Source: the human T2T-CHM13v2.0 reference genome, Homo sapiens. From it: a DNA stretch of 64,000 bases. The position numbers and the translations under genes are program-made. Positions 16,401 to 32,065 of this stretch are shown piece after piece (the stretch's first letter is position 1; the number at the start of each line of letters is the position of its first letter). Location of the stretch: NCBI RefSeq assembly GCF_009914755.1, contig NC_060947.1; one strand, 5' to 3'. The notes beneath the pieces were generated by a model, which was not told the DNA's origin, did no database searches, and was given only the letters and a program-made list of their open reading frames with translations.

Positions 16401-17874
16401 CTGCCACACTCTAGGCCAGTGCTGAGAAATGTCTGCAAGGGATCTGGTGATGTGACCTGTCCTCAAGTCTCCCAGCAGTGTTTACAAGCACCCTCTCTGA
16501 TGCAGGTTGGAGGTGAATGATGTAGACTCTCAGATTTCCTTAATTATAAATAGCCTTAGCATGCTGGCTTTCTCAAATGCCAGCAGTAGTAGTATTCACA
16601 TGCAGACTCAAGATCTCTTGTTCATCAGGGTGATGCAGGCATTGGAAATAGCTGAGGTTATGCAAATGTCTTCTTCTTGAGTGCTGTGTTACTGTGCCTG
16701 CAGATGTAATGGGCTTTGCTGGTTGGCCTCTAGCCAGGAGGTGGCAAGTGCAAAAGAGGACCACCTACAGCGAGAACAGTAGAATATGTTCTTGCTTCAT
16801 GTTACCCACGGGAGGTACTCTGGTGCCTCAGGCAATAAGCAGAGCAATGGATATCCCAAATATCCCCGTCCATCATGTTACACTACCAGGGTGGTGAAGG
16901 GACAAAGCTGTGTTGGGGGTGTGTCAGGCAGGGCTGTCCTCTGGCTCCCAACGTGCAGCCACAAGCAGTAGTCCTAATGGAGATTAGATGGCAGTTCCCT
17001 GGCTGCTGGAGTAATGTTCCAGGGAGGAGCACAACTACCTCTGTTGCACAGAAGAATCTGCACTAAGAGCAGGGTATAGCAGGTGGCAGTAAGCTCCACT
17101 CAGCTACTACACACTTGGCAAGGCAGTTCTCATATCCAGAGTTATGCCAACAACAGCTATCTGGATTCCAGGTAGCCTGAGCTCAGAACTCAAAACTGCC
17201 CCAGGCCATAAGCCTTTTCCCAGGAAGACTGAAACTGTGGCTTCAGGCCATGCCGCTCTCTATATGCCCATGAAGCAGTGACACCCAGGGTCACGGAACT
17301 CCTGCACCTATGGCTGTAGCACACTTCCTGCTCTCCCCTCGGTTCTGGCCAATGGCATTCATTCCCACTCAAGATTACATCGCAAATCTCTTGTTGGGAG
17401 TGTCTCTGGACTGCAGCCTGAGCTAGCTGGCAGACTTCCATGAGGTCCCCTGAGAGGTAGGAACAGAAATGGCTTCTCTCCATCCTCACTGGATTCTAAG
17501 AGTGCAAACAAAGCATGCTGCTTCTCATATATTCTCCACTGTTCACTAAATCAGTTCCAGTGTGGGATAGAGTTATGGCCTTCCCGCATGGCCAGGATTG
17601 CCCGGCTACTTTGTGGGAGTGTATGTCACAGCAGCAGTGTCTCCATATTTCCTGCAGTGGAGACTCACGGTTTTCCTTCTGGTTCATATTGTAGGCTGCT
17701 GCCTGCTGCTTCTTTCAAAGAGTCTGTGGTTTTGTTCAGTTTTTCTGTTAATTTCTTGTGTTGCTTCTTGGAAAAAATTTCAAAACATGAACCTGTACAC
17801 ACTATTTTGTTTTACAAGTGAGAGAGGCATGCTAACAATACTGCTAATCTGACCCCTTGGGGATGAAAAACCCT

Positions 17875-20440
<2,566 letters not shown>

Positions 20441-20980
20441 CTAAATTCTCTAAAATTTGTTTTTAAAATTTGAAGAAATGGCAAGTGAAAACAAAAGTTA
20501 ATTCTTGAAAAATAAGAATGAAATAGGAAACTGAAGAGTAAGATAAGAAAAACAGTTAAAAACATGTCAAATAAGGGATGAGAAAGACAATATACTCACA
20601 GATTTTGAAGTTACTGAAACATTTTAAATGTGGAACATTATTCAAGAAATTTTGAAATCTGGAGGAAATTATTTTATTTCAAATATAAATTACCAAAATT
20701 GACTTTAAAATATTCTACACAAAGCTGAAGTAACTAAAAACAGCATAGTACTGATATAAAAAGAGACAAATACACCAGTGGAACAGAATAGAGAATCTAG
20801 AAATAAATCCATGTGTTGACAGCCAACTGACTTTTGACAATGGCACCAAGAACATACATTATGGAAAGGACAATCTTTTTAATAAATGGTGCTAGGAAAA
20901 CAAGAAATCCATACTCAGAAGAATGAAACTAGACTCCTGTCTCTCACCTCATACAAAAATCGACTCAAAATGGATTAAAA

Positions 20981-21162
20981 AGCTGGGTGCAGTAGCATAA
21001 GCTTGTAGTCCCAGCTACTCAAGAGATTGAAGCAGGAGAATCACTTGAGCCTAGAAGCTTGAAGCTGTAGTGCTCTATGATTGTACTTGTGGCTGGCTAG
21101 TCACTGCACTGAATTCTGAACAACAGAGTGTGACCCCATCTCTCATCTCTAAAAATATTTAA
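20981..21162 (+). mobile_element. FAM-like fossil Alu monomer
   Basis: Single monomer with 'ctgtagtgctctatgattgtac...tagtcactgcact'. TSD aaaatggattaaa at 20967-20979 and 21163-21175. Confidence 0.75.
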
Positions 21163-22259
21163 AAAATGGATTAAAGACTTAACATGAGAATCAAAACTAT
21201 AAAACAACTAGGAGGATACATAGGTAAAATGCTTTAGGACACTGGTCTGGAAAAAAAAAATGTCCGAATAAGACCTCAGAAGTACAAGCAACAAAAGGGA
21301 AAACTGACAAATGGGGTTACATCAAACTAAAACACTTCTGCACAGCAAAGGAAACAATCCACAGAGTGAAGGCAAAACCTGAAGAATAGAAAAAATATAT
21401 TTGCAAAATATTTATCTGACAAGAGATTAATATTCAGGATATAAACAGAAATCAACAGCAAAAAATACAAATAATTCAATTATGAAATACACAAATAATC
21501 GAATAGACATTTCTCAAATGGAGACATACAAATGACCAATAAGTATATTAAAGAATGTGCAACATTCTTAATTATCAGGAAATGCAAATCAAAACTGCAA
21601 GGAAAAATTATCTCGACACAGTTAGAATGGCTATTATCAAAGACAAAAACTAACAAATGCTGATGATAATATGGAAAAACAGGAATGCTTTCATACTGTC
21701 AGTAGCAATGTAAAATAGTACACCCGATATGGAAAACAATATGGAGGTTCCTCAAAAAAACTAAAACTGGAACTACCATATTAACCAGCAATTCCGCTAC
21801 TGAGTATGTATCCAAAGGAACAGATATCTGCACTCCCATGTTTATTGTAGCACTCTTCACAATAGCCAAGATTTAGAATCAACCTAAGTGTCCATCAACA
21901 GATGAATGGGTAAATAAAATATGGTATATATAGACAATGAAATACTCTTCAGCCATAAGAATAAAATCCTTCATTTGTGGCAACATGGATGGAACTGGAG
22001 GACATTATGTTAAGTGAAATAAACCAGGCACAGAAAGATAAATACTGCATATTCTGTCTTATACGTTGGAGGTAAAAAAAAAAGTGCTCACATTGAAGTA
22101 GAAAGTACAATAGTAGTTACTAGATGCTGGGACGGAAAAGAGCAGGAAATACGAAGATGTTGGTTAAGAAAATACAAGTTACAGGTAGATAGGAGGAATA
22201 AGTTCTAGAACTCTACAGCCCTGTAGGGTTACTATAATTAACTATAACTTATTGCATTT

Positions 22260-22993
<734 letters not shown>

Positions 22994-23414
22994 AATTTAT
23001 TGTATATTTTTAAATAGCTAGAATAAAAGAATTGTCACATTCCCAACACAAGGAAACAGTAAATGTTTGAGGTGATGGAAATGCTAATTCCCCTGATGTA
23101 ATCATTACACATTGTATGTATCAAAATATTACACTGCATCTCATAAATATGTACAATTATGTGTTAATTAAAATTTTAAAAAATTAATGTGGATCTAAAA
23201 TCTGGAAAAATTAATTTATTTCACTGCAAATATAATTACCAAAACTGACTGAGGAAATGGTAAAATATCTAGACATTAAAGTAATCTCAGAAGACAGAGC
23301 AAAGGCAATTTAAATGCAATTTAAAACCAATTTCTTTAAAAAGAGATCAGGCTTAGATTATTTTGCAATTCAATTGCATATAACAGTTTGGGCACATAAA
23401 ACCATAAAACTCCT

Positions 23415-24695
23415 ATTTTTTATTTAGATTTGGTTCATGTACAAAAAAACGCTGTACATGTTTTATGTATACATCTTGGTGAGTTTGAAGATAAGTATAT
23501 GCCTATAAAATTATCACCATAAACAATGCCATAAACTTAGTCAAAACCTATAAAAGTTTCCCCTCTTTTTTTGTGAAAGGATATTTAACATAAGATCTAC
23601 TCTTTTCACCAATTTTTAATTACACAATACAGTATTGATAACTACATGTGCTATTCTGTATAGCAGATCTCTAGGACTTATTCATATAGCCTAACTGAAA
23701 GTATGTACTCTTTGACCAACACGTCCCTTATCCACACTATACCCCAGCCCCTGGTAACCACCATTCTATTTTTTGTCTCTATGAATTTGCCTGTTTTAGA
23801 TATCTCATATAAATGAATTCATATAGTATTTGTTCTTCTGTGTCTGTCTTATTTCACATAGCATGCTATCCTCCAAGTTTATTTACATTGTAGCAAATAA
23901 TGGTAAGATTTCATTCTTTTTTAAGGCTGAATAATATTCCATTTTATGTATAGGTCACATTTTCTTTATCCATTCATCTGTTGATGGATATTTAGGTTGT
24001 TTCCATGTCTTGATCATTATAAATAGTGCTGAAGTAAGTACAAGAATGCAGATATTTCTGTAAAACTCCGATTTCAATTCTTTAGGGTAATATATTCAGA
24101 AGTAGTATTCATGGTTCATATGGTAGTTCTGTTTTTAATTTTTTGAGAATCCTTCATAGTAGCTATACTAATTTACATTCATACCAATAGTGTACAAGGG
24201 TTTGTTCTCTCTACATACTCATCAACATTTATTTTATTTTCCTTCTTTTATATTTAATAATAGCCAACCTAAGAGATGTGAGGTGATTTTTTTTTATGGT
24301 TTTGGTTTGCATTTTCCTGTTGAGCACCATCTCATATACTGTTGTCCATTTGTATGTCTTTTTTGGAGAAATGTTTATTCAGGTGTCTTACTAATTTTTA
24401 AATAAGTTTATTGGTTTTATATCTGCTACTAAGTTGTAGGAGTTTCTTATATATTTTGGATATTAAGCCTTTATCAGATATATGGCTTGCAAATATTTTC
24501 TCCCATGCCATATGTTTTTTTTTTAATTATTATTTTTTTTTATTTTGCTGGCTGTTTCTTGTGCTGTGCAGAAGCTGTTAAGTTTAATGTACTTCCCTTT
24601 GTGTATGCTTTTGTTTCCTGTGTTTTTGGTATTATATCCAAGAAATCATTGCTAAGGCCAATGTCAACACGCTTTTCCCTTGTGTTTTCTTCTAA
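23415..24695 (-). mobile_element. L1MA10/L1MB-like 3' segment
   Basis: Antisense L1M 3' UTR 'ttaacataagatctactct...cagcccctggtaaccaccattcta' followed by the ORF2 end. Confidence 0.75.
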
Positions 24696-24699
24696 GAAA

Positions 24700-25708
24700 A
24701 CTTCCACATTATCCAAACTCATTCCATCTGTAAAAAACTATTAAAAATCTCCATAATTCATCATATGAAACTAAAAAAATTTTTCTACTTAAAACTAAAA
24801 ACAGTAGTGCAAAATAAGAAAATGGTAGCAAATGTAATTAAAAACATAAGTGAAAAAATTTAAAACAAATCTTAGTCAATCAAATTGAGTAATAAATGAA
24901 GAGAATAATCCCATGATGTCTGATTATGTTTTATTTCTTAAATGCAAAATTTGGTGTTTTTTTTAAGAAAATCTGTCTAAAGAATTCACTCTATCAATAA
25001 ATTTAAGGGGAAATATATGACTGCATCAATAGATGTCAAAATAAACATTCAACTAAAATAAAAATTTAGGTAGAAATTAAAAGGAACTGTGAAAATTGAT
25101 AAATACATTTTGCCACAAAACTAGGAGCAAACATAGTTTATAATGCAATACGAATTTTCATTGCTGTCAGAAAAAGATTGATAGCTGCCATCCTCAGTAT
25201 TATTCAACAATATTTTTGGAGATTTTAGCTGATGCAATGCAATAAGCAAATGAAACATTCAGTATAAATGTTGAAAAAATTTTTAAAAACTCAAAAATAA
25301 AAGTATTCTAGTAATTCAAAAGACACTTCTTTCTGTTATTAGAATTAAGACAATTTGATGGTACAATTATTATTAATTTTTTGTGATCAAATTTTTATCA
25401 TAAAAAATCAATATATACATTTTTGTATACTACCCTACTAAAAACAAAAGAAAAATATCTCATTCACACTAATAACACCACCATCAAATACTTTGTAATG
25501 AATTTCAAAGAAATGGGACAAAATCTATGTGAATCTATAAAATTTAATAGAAAACATAAAAACAAATCTGTCTAAATGGAAGAACAAGCCATGGTCTCAG
25601 ATGAGAAGACATAATACCATCAAAATATGAAGACCTTGTAATGTAATACATTTCTTTACTGCATCCAGTAATAATAACTGCCAATGGAGTTATTATTTTG
25701 GGAATCTT
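24700..25708 (+). mobile_element. Highly diverged L1ME-type ORF2 fragments (continuing at ~26790-26970)
   Basis: A-rich degraded ORF2 motifs such as 'tattattcaacaatattttt ggag..ttagctgatgcaat' and 'tctaaatggaag..caagccatg'. Confidence 0.55.
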
Positions 25709-25720
25709 CATAAAAATATT

Positions 25721-26777
25721 ATTCTTTTTATTTTACTTTAAGTTCTGAGATACATGTGCTGAATGTGCATGTTTGGTACATAGGTATACATGTGCCATGG
25801 TGGTTTTCTGCACCTATCAACCCGTCATTTAGGTTTTAAGCCCCATATGCGTTAGGTATTTGTCCTAATGCTCTCCCTCTCCTTTCCCCCCACCCACTGA
25901 CAGGCCACGTTGTGTGATGTTCCCCTCCCTGTGTCCATGGGTTCTCATTGTTCACCTACCACTTATGAGTGAGAACATGTGGTGTTTGGTTTTCTGTCCC
26001 CATGTTAGTTTGCTGAGGATGATGGTTTCCAGCTTCATCTATGTCCCTGCAAAGGACATGAACTCATTCTTTTTTATGGCTGCATAGTGTTCCATGGTGT
26101 ATATGTGCCACATTTTCTTTATCCAGTCTATCATTGGTGGGCTTTTGGGTTAGTTCCAAGTCTTTGCTATTGTAAATAGTGCTGAAATGAACATACATGT
26201 GCATGTGTCTTTATAGTAGAATGATTTATAATCCTTTGGGTATACACCCAGTAATGGGATTGCTGGATCAAATGGTATTTCTGGTTTTAGATCCTTGAGG
26301 AATTGCTGCACTGTCTTCCACAATGGTTGAACTAATTTACACTCCCACCAACAGCGTAAAAGCATTCCTATTTCTCCACATCCTTGTCAGCATCTGCTGT
26401 TTCCTGATTTTTTAATGATCGCCATTCTAACTGGCATGAGATGGTACCTCACTGTGGTTTCAATTTGCATTTTTCTAATGACCAGTGATGATGAGGTTTT
26501 TTTCATGTTTCTTGGCCACATGGGCAAATACTTCATAACTAAAACACCATAAGCAATTGCAACAAAAGCCAAAATTGACAAATGGGATGTAATTAAACTA
26601 AAGAGCTTCTGCTCAGCAAAAGAAACTATCATCAGAGTGAACAGGCAACCTTACAGAATGGGAGAAATTTTTTGCAATCTATTCATCTGACCGAGGTCTA
26701 ATATCCAGAATCTACAAGGTACTTAAACAAATTTACAAGAAAAAAGCAAATAACCCCATCAAAAAGTGGGTGAAGCA
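25721..26777 (-). mobile_element. L1PA8-like insertion with 5' inversion (minus 25721-26520, plus 26521-26777)
   Basis: Diagnostic 'aggttttaagcccc..atgc.ttaggtatt'. Strand switch at ~26520. TSD cataaaaatatt / cataaaattact. Confidence 0.88.
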
Positions 26778-26971
26778 CATAAAATTACTTTAAAATTCAA
26801 GCAAATATTTTCTTAAAAATAAGATTAATAAGGAGAGAGAATTGCCTCACCAGATGTAAAAATTTACTATACAAATATAGTCCATGTGATATGATATGAC
26901 TGAGACAGAAATAGAAAAATAGAACTTTGAAAGTTAAAGATTAGAGGGAAATAGATCCAAGTACATATATA

Positions 26972-27440
26972 ATGTTAGGATTAAGCTTTACTCCAAGAGA
27001 CCCAAAATACCAGTGGCTTTAAAAAGAAAATGTTGCTTTCCTCATTCATCTGGAGAAAAAATTTAAGTCTGGTATGCAATGCTACTGTGTCAGTGATATT
27101 GACTCCTTCTATCTTTTTTTTGTTATATTGTGTGGTCTCAATTCTCAAGGTCATTCATGATCCAAGGCAGCTGCTTCTGTTTCATTCATCCCACCTGGAT
27201 TACAGTCTGCAAGAAAGAAAAAAAGGAAAAATAAGGGCAAAACTCCATCCTTTTAAGGTCACTTTCAGAGAAGTCTACATACTCACCTAGAATTTGTCTT
27301 AGCCATATGTAGTACAAGATCAGCCCGAAATGAAATATTTATTTTTAGGCAGTCATGTGCCTTGCTGACAAGTGGAGGATATCAAACTATAAAAGAAGGG
27401 GAGAACAGATATTGATAGACAACTAGCAATCTCTTACACA
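26972..27440 (-). mobile_element. Ancient ERVL-type LTR remnant (LTR33/MLT1-like)
   Basis: 'agagacccaaaataccagtggcttta...ggggagaacagatattga..gacaactagcaatctct'. Confidence 0.5.
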
Positions 27441-27514
27441 TGTATGACACGGTTAGCATTTCAATTCTGTGGGGAAAATGCAGTGATCATCAACCTTGAA
27501 CATGCATCAGAATC

Positions 27515-27885
27515 ACTCTCTCCCTTGCTGGCTTTTAAGAAGAAAGCTGCCATGTTGTGAGCTGTCTTATGGAGAGAGCCACATGGGAATAAACTGAAAG
27601 CATCCTCTGACTGAAAGTCAGAAAGAAATTGAAGCTCTTAGTCTAACAGCCTGCAAGAAACTGCATATTGCTGAAAACCATATTAGTTTGAAATCAGATT
27701 CTTTCCCAGGTGAGCTTTCAGATGAGAACTCAGTCCTGGCCAACATCATGATTGCAGCCTTGCAGAACACCCAATAAAGCCATGACAAGAACCTTCACCA
27801 ACAATAACTGAGAGATAATAAATATGTGTTGTTTTAAGTCACTAAGTGTTGGTAATATAGTTAGGTAGCAATAGAAAACTAACTA
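27515..27885 (+). mobile_element. MLT1E/F-type LTR, 3' portion
   Basis: 'agctgccatgttgtgagctg..tatggagagagccacatgg' ... 'gagataataaatatgtgttgttttaagtcactaag..gcaatagaaaactaa'. Confidence 0.75.
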
Positions 27886-28167
27886 TGCTAGATGTTAGTC
27901 ATACTACTGCTATTTGAGGCCTAATTAGTTATTTAATATATTGTGTCACCACCCATGGCTATGTGTAACAAGGGAATTCATATATTTCTATAACCTCAAG
28001 TTTCCATAGAATATATTCCATGCAGACAACTTTCAGATATATAAACAAATTTATTCTCAATCTACTGCTTATTCATTCTTCTCCTAAGACAAGAAGGTCT
28101 CCTAATGGTAGATGGTATCCATTGGTCCATGGTTATTAATTGCATAGAACTAATGGCATATTCTACA

Positions 28168-28400
28168 CCTGCACTGTTTAATATAATAGTCATATGGCAA
28201 ACGTGGCTATTTATTTTTAAACCAGGTAAAACTGAATCAAATAAAAATTCAATTCTCTATTTACACTAGACCTTTTTTCTGCACTCCATAGCCACAGGTA
28301 TCAATGGACTCATTTCATCATCAAGGCTAGTGGCTATCACATTGGAGACTGGAATTATGGGGCATTTTAATCATTATATAATTTTTTTATAGTTCTGGTC
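28168..28400. mobile_element. MER3-like hAT MITE, diverged, carrying a 30-bp foreign insert
   Basis: 'aaataaaaattcaattctc...cactag...atagccac[insert]ggctagtggctatcacattgga' follows the MER3 layout. Confidence 0.65.
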
Positions 28401-28793
28401 TATACTTAGGAGGAGAGGAAAGTGGTATGTAGAGATCTGTAGTTTTCCTCTTATCGTCTGCATTGGTAATAAAGCTGACATTTTCGTCAGTATCTTGTAT
28501 ACTGATACAATATTTTGTATCTAACTTTCAGTTGCTTTCCACCTTCGGGGGAAACAAGAATTTTCATGTAATGATCTCTTAAAATATGCTACTGTTCATT
28601 GGAACAAATATGTAGCAAGATCCTTAAGTCTTACCGCATATAAAAGCAAGTGCCAAATGGGTTTAATACCTAATAAGAAACAGAATAATATAGAGTATTA
28701 CATCTATTTTAAGATGCATAATTATTTTTCATATTATAACTCATTTGAAATAGAATGTATCTTACAATCTAATGATGTCTTGCAATTGCTCAC

Positions 28794-28947
28794 GGATAGA
28801 TGGCAATCATGACATAGTTGCCATTGCCAACACAACTGTCAATTTGATTGTCATTTTGGGTAAAATAACTACATAGCTTTACTCCTTGAAATTTCATTCG
28901 GTAAATCATATAAAAACCACTTGATGATGAAATGAGTCCATTGATAC
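28794..28947 (-). other. Candidate internal exon (coding or lncRNA) in non-repetitive sequence
   Basis: Minus strand: tttaat branch-like site, polypyrimidine tract ttctttttcttggtcttac, CAG|TAG tandem acceptor, 154 or 157 nt with one open frame, then donor CC|gtgagc. Confidence 0.4.
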
Positions 28948-29168
28948 CTACTGGTAAGACCAAGAAAAAGAACACATTAAAACTTACAGAATGGGTGCCT
29001 GAGGTTCCTAAGAAAATTAAGTAGATAATAGTGAAGTAACTGTTAATGACAAAGGGGTCAGTATTATGTGGCTAAATAATAAATAAATAATAAATCCATG
29101 ACTGTGAGTTGAAAAAAAAAAAAGATTCAGAACAGTTGGACCTTTGGTGTAAAGAAATTATAACAGCA

Positions 29169-29320
29169 TTTTTTTGAGACAGAATCTCACTCTGTCACCC
29201 AGGCTACAGTGCAGTGGCATGATTATGGCTCACTTAAACCTCATACTTCTGGGTTCAAAGGATTTTCCCACGTCAGCTTTCTGAGTAGCTGGGACTACAG
29301 GCACGTGCCTGCATGCTGGG
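29169..29320 (-). mobile_element. Old Alu right-arm fragment (AluJ/FRAM-like)
   Basis: 'gagacagaatctcactctgtcacccaggct..agtgcagtggcatgattatggctcac...gtagctgggactacaggc'. Confidence 0.8.
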
Positions 29321-30250
29321 GTACTTTAATCAATTTTCTCCTTATGTTTTTCTTTTCATGAATGTACAGGTGTACATTATAAAAACTATATCTAAATAAG
29401 TGTTTTAAAGTCTTTAATGAAATAAAGTAATAAATGATAAGAAAGCATTGTATCAGTTGGACTGCCAGTGCCATTTTCTTTCTTCGTGGTACACAAAATG
29501 AGATGAATCATAAAACTTATAGTATCTTAGACTAAAATATAAAACATAACAATGATAATGATAGTAATAGATATAATAAGAGTACTAAGTATTAATAGTA
29601 GTAGATATAACAGTAAATAGTAATATTAACATTAGGAGGAAATTTAGTAAAATGTTTATATAAACTTAGGATAAGATTGAAGAGAATGATTAGGCCAGTA
29701 AGTTAATCCATAATGCATAAAGCATAATATGGAAATTTTGGTTACCTAAATAAATAGCGTTTGGTAAAGATACCATAAACAAAGACAAAATATGAAGAAT
29801 GGACTGAGCAGAAATATTGGAAAAATGAATGACAGAGTAAGATTTAACAACACTAATACAGAGAGCTCCTACAAATTGAAGTGAAAAAAAAAAACCAAAA
29901 AACTGTTAAAATATTCAATTAAGAGGCATTTTTTAAAAAAACCAAAACTGTTCTTTTATTTACAAAGACCATAATCTAGAAATTTCCTGCAGAGTGCAAA
30001 GTCCAAAGTGCTAGATAAAGTCTGAGTGCTGTTAGACACCCCAATCACAAGTAAGCAATAAAGGCCGGATATTACATATTTAAACAACCAATGTTTCTCA
30101 GTTTTAGGAAGAAAGCAAAAACACTGTTGTTCATTTGATAGAGACTAAAAGGGTGACAAAAGTCTTTCGCCAAAGACTTTACTACTTTACTAAATTTTTC
30201 AACTCACTGTAATTTTAAAAATAAAAAATAGTATACTATATATAGGGGAG

Positions 30251-30660
30251 TGTGGCAAGTTAAATATACCCACAGATTCTTTGATGCTACTGCCATTGAG
30301 AGGGAGATCTATAATACTGACTTTGAATTTGGGTGGATTCCCTAACTGCTTTGACCATTAGAATACAACAGACGCTATGCTGTGCCAGATTCTAGGCCCA
30401 GTCCTTAAAAGATTGGTAGGTTCCACTTCCTGCCCAGCAGAACACTTGCCTGGAGCCCCGAAGTGCTACTACTGTGCCATGGAGAAGACTCGCACAAGCT
30501 CTGAAATGATAGAAACAGCAAGTGAGCAAGCGAGTGAGCGAGAGAGAGAATAACTTAGATATGTGCAGCTTCTAGCCATTGCTGATATTTTGGACCCTCC
30601 AGAGATAACCAGCTGTTAGCTGAAAATCACTGAGTGACCTCAGTTGACATCATGTCTCGG
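30251..30660 (+). mobile_element. MLT1G/H-type LTR fragment
   Basis: 'tgtggc...cacagattctttgatgct..ccattgagag...ctgctttgacc.ttagaatac..gctgtgccag'. Confidence 0.65.
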
Positions 30661-30757
30661 TAGAGAAACACTTTTGTGAAATAGTCACTATTTCTGTGGA
30701 TATTTATAGTGACCAGTAGGTCGCTATATCTCAGGGGGAAGCAGAGTTGTTGAATTT

Positions 30758-31280
30758 TGTATACACAATGGAATATTATTCAGCCATAAAAGAATAAAAT
30801 CATGATATTGAAAATAAAATGGATGGAAGTGGAGGACATTATTTTAAGGAAAATAAGCCAGGCATAGAAAGACAAATATGTCATCACTCATACGTGGGAG
30901 TTAAAAAAAAAAAATGAACTCATGGAGATAAAGAGTAGAATGACAGTTACCAGAGGCTGCAAAGGGTAGCAGAGAAGGGGGCATAAAGTGGGGATGGCTA
31001 ATGGGTATGAAAATACAGTTAGATGGAATGAATAAGATCTGGTATTCAGTAGCAAAATAGGGTGACTGTAGTTAACAGTAATATATTGTATAATTTAAAA
31101 TAGCAAAAAGGGTAGAATTGGAATTTTCCTAACACAAATAAATGATAAATACTTGAGATAATGCATACCCCAATTACCCTGATTTGGTCATTATATATTA
31201 TATACCTATATCAAAATATCACATTTACCCCATAAATATATATAACTATTATATACTCATAATAATAATTAAAAAAAAAC
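30758..31280 (+). mobile_element. L1MA2/3-like 3' UTR fragment
   Basis: 'gagtagaatgacagttaccagaggctg..aagggtag...gaatgaataagatct.gtatt' followed by an A tail. Confidence 0.8.
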
Positions 31281-31654
31281 ATGTTGGAAATGGGAAGGCT
31301 TTCCTAATTTTATTTTATTTGAAATACAAGCCCTAGAATGTATATTAATTCCCTGGAACTGCCATGTCTATTTGGGAAGAAAATGGGATTTTCCAAATTA
31401 ATAGCACCTCATGTCTCATTTTCTTGTATAATACTGCTTAAAGAGAGCTTTTGTTTCTCAACCTCTAGATAGTCTGTAAAGCATGACCTCTGTAATAGTT
31501 TTATTGAAATGCTTAGTCTGAATTGAATCGTGGTGAAACAATTAGGTGTATCCATGTTGTAGGAATTCTAAAAAGTAACTGCCCTGGACTCTTCAAGATG
31601 CCAAAAGACACGTACATGTGGAGGAACTATTTCTAATAAAAGGAGCCTAACAAC

Positions 31655-32011
31655 TGTCTTAGTCCATTTGGGCCACTCTAACAAAATACCAGAAACTGGG
31701 TGGTCTATAAATAACAGATATTTATTTCTCAAAGTTCTAGAGACTGGAAAGCACAAGACTAAAGCTCCAGCATATTTAGTGTTTGGTGAGGTTCCACTTT
31801 CTGGTTGATAGACGGCACCGTCTAGTTGTGTTCTCACATAGTGAAAGGAGCAAATGAGCTCTCTTAGGCCTTTTACAAGGGCACTAAAAGCACATGCGAG
31901 CTCTGACCTCATGACGTAATCACCTCCCAAAAGGCTCCACTTCCTAATACATTCAATTTGTGGGTAAGGATTTCAGCCTATTTGGGGGAGACAAACATTC
32001 AGAACAAAGCA
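31655..32011 (-). mobile_element. MLT1A0-type solo LTR
   Basis: 'tgtcttagtccatttgggcc...aacaaaataccagaaactgggtgg...gggggagacaaacattcaga..aaagca'. Confidence 0.85.
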
Positions 32012-32065
32012 AAAACCAAGTGCAATGCCTGTTTATTGATTAGATTCTGGTTTGGGTGTGGGAGG

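Noticed and set aside
15400-17860. Cluster of short ORFs in GC-richer DNA suggesting a gene or promoter
   Set aside because: This is the L1PB 5' UTR, homologous to 37050-39300, and it is CpG-depleted rather than a CpG island.
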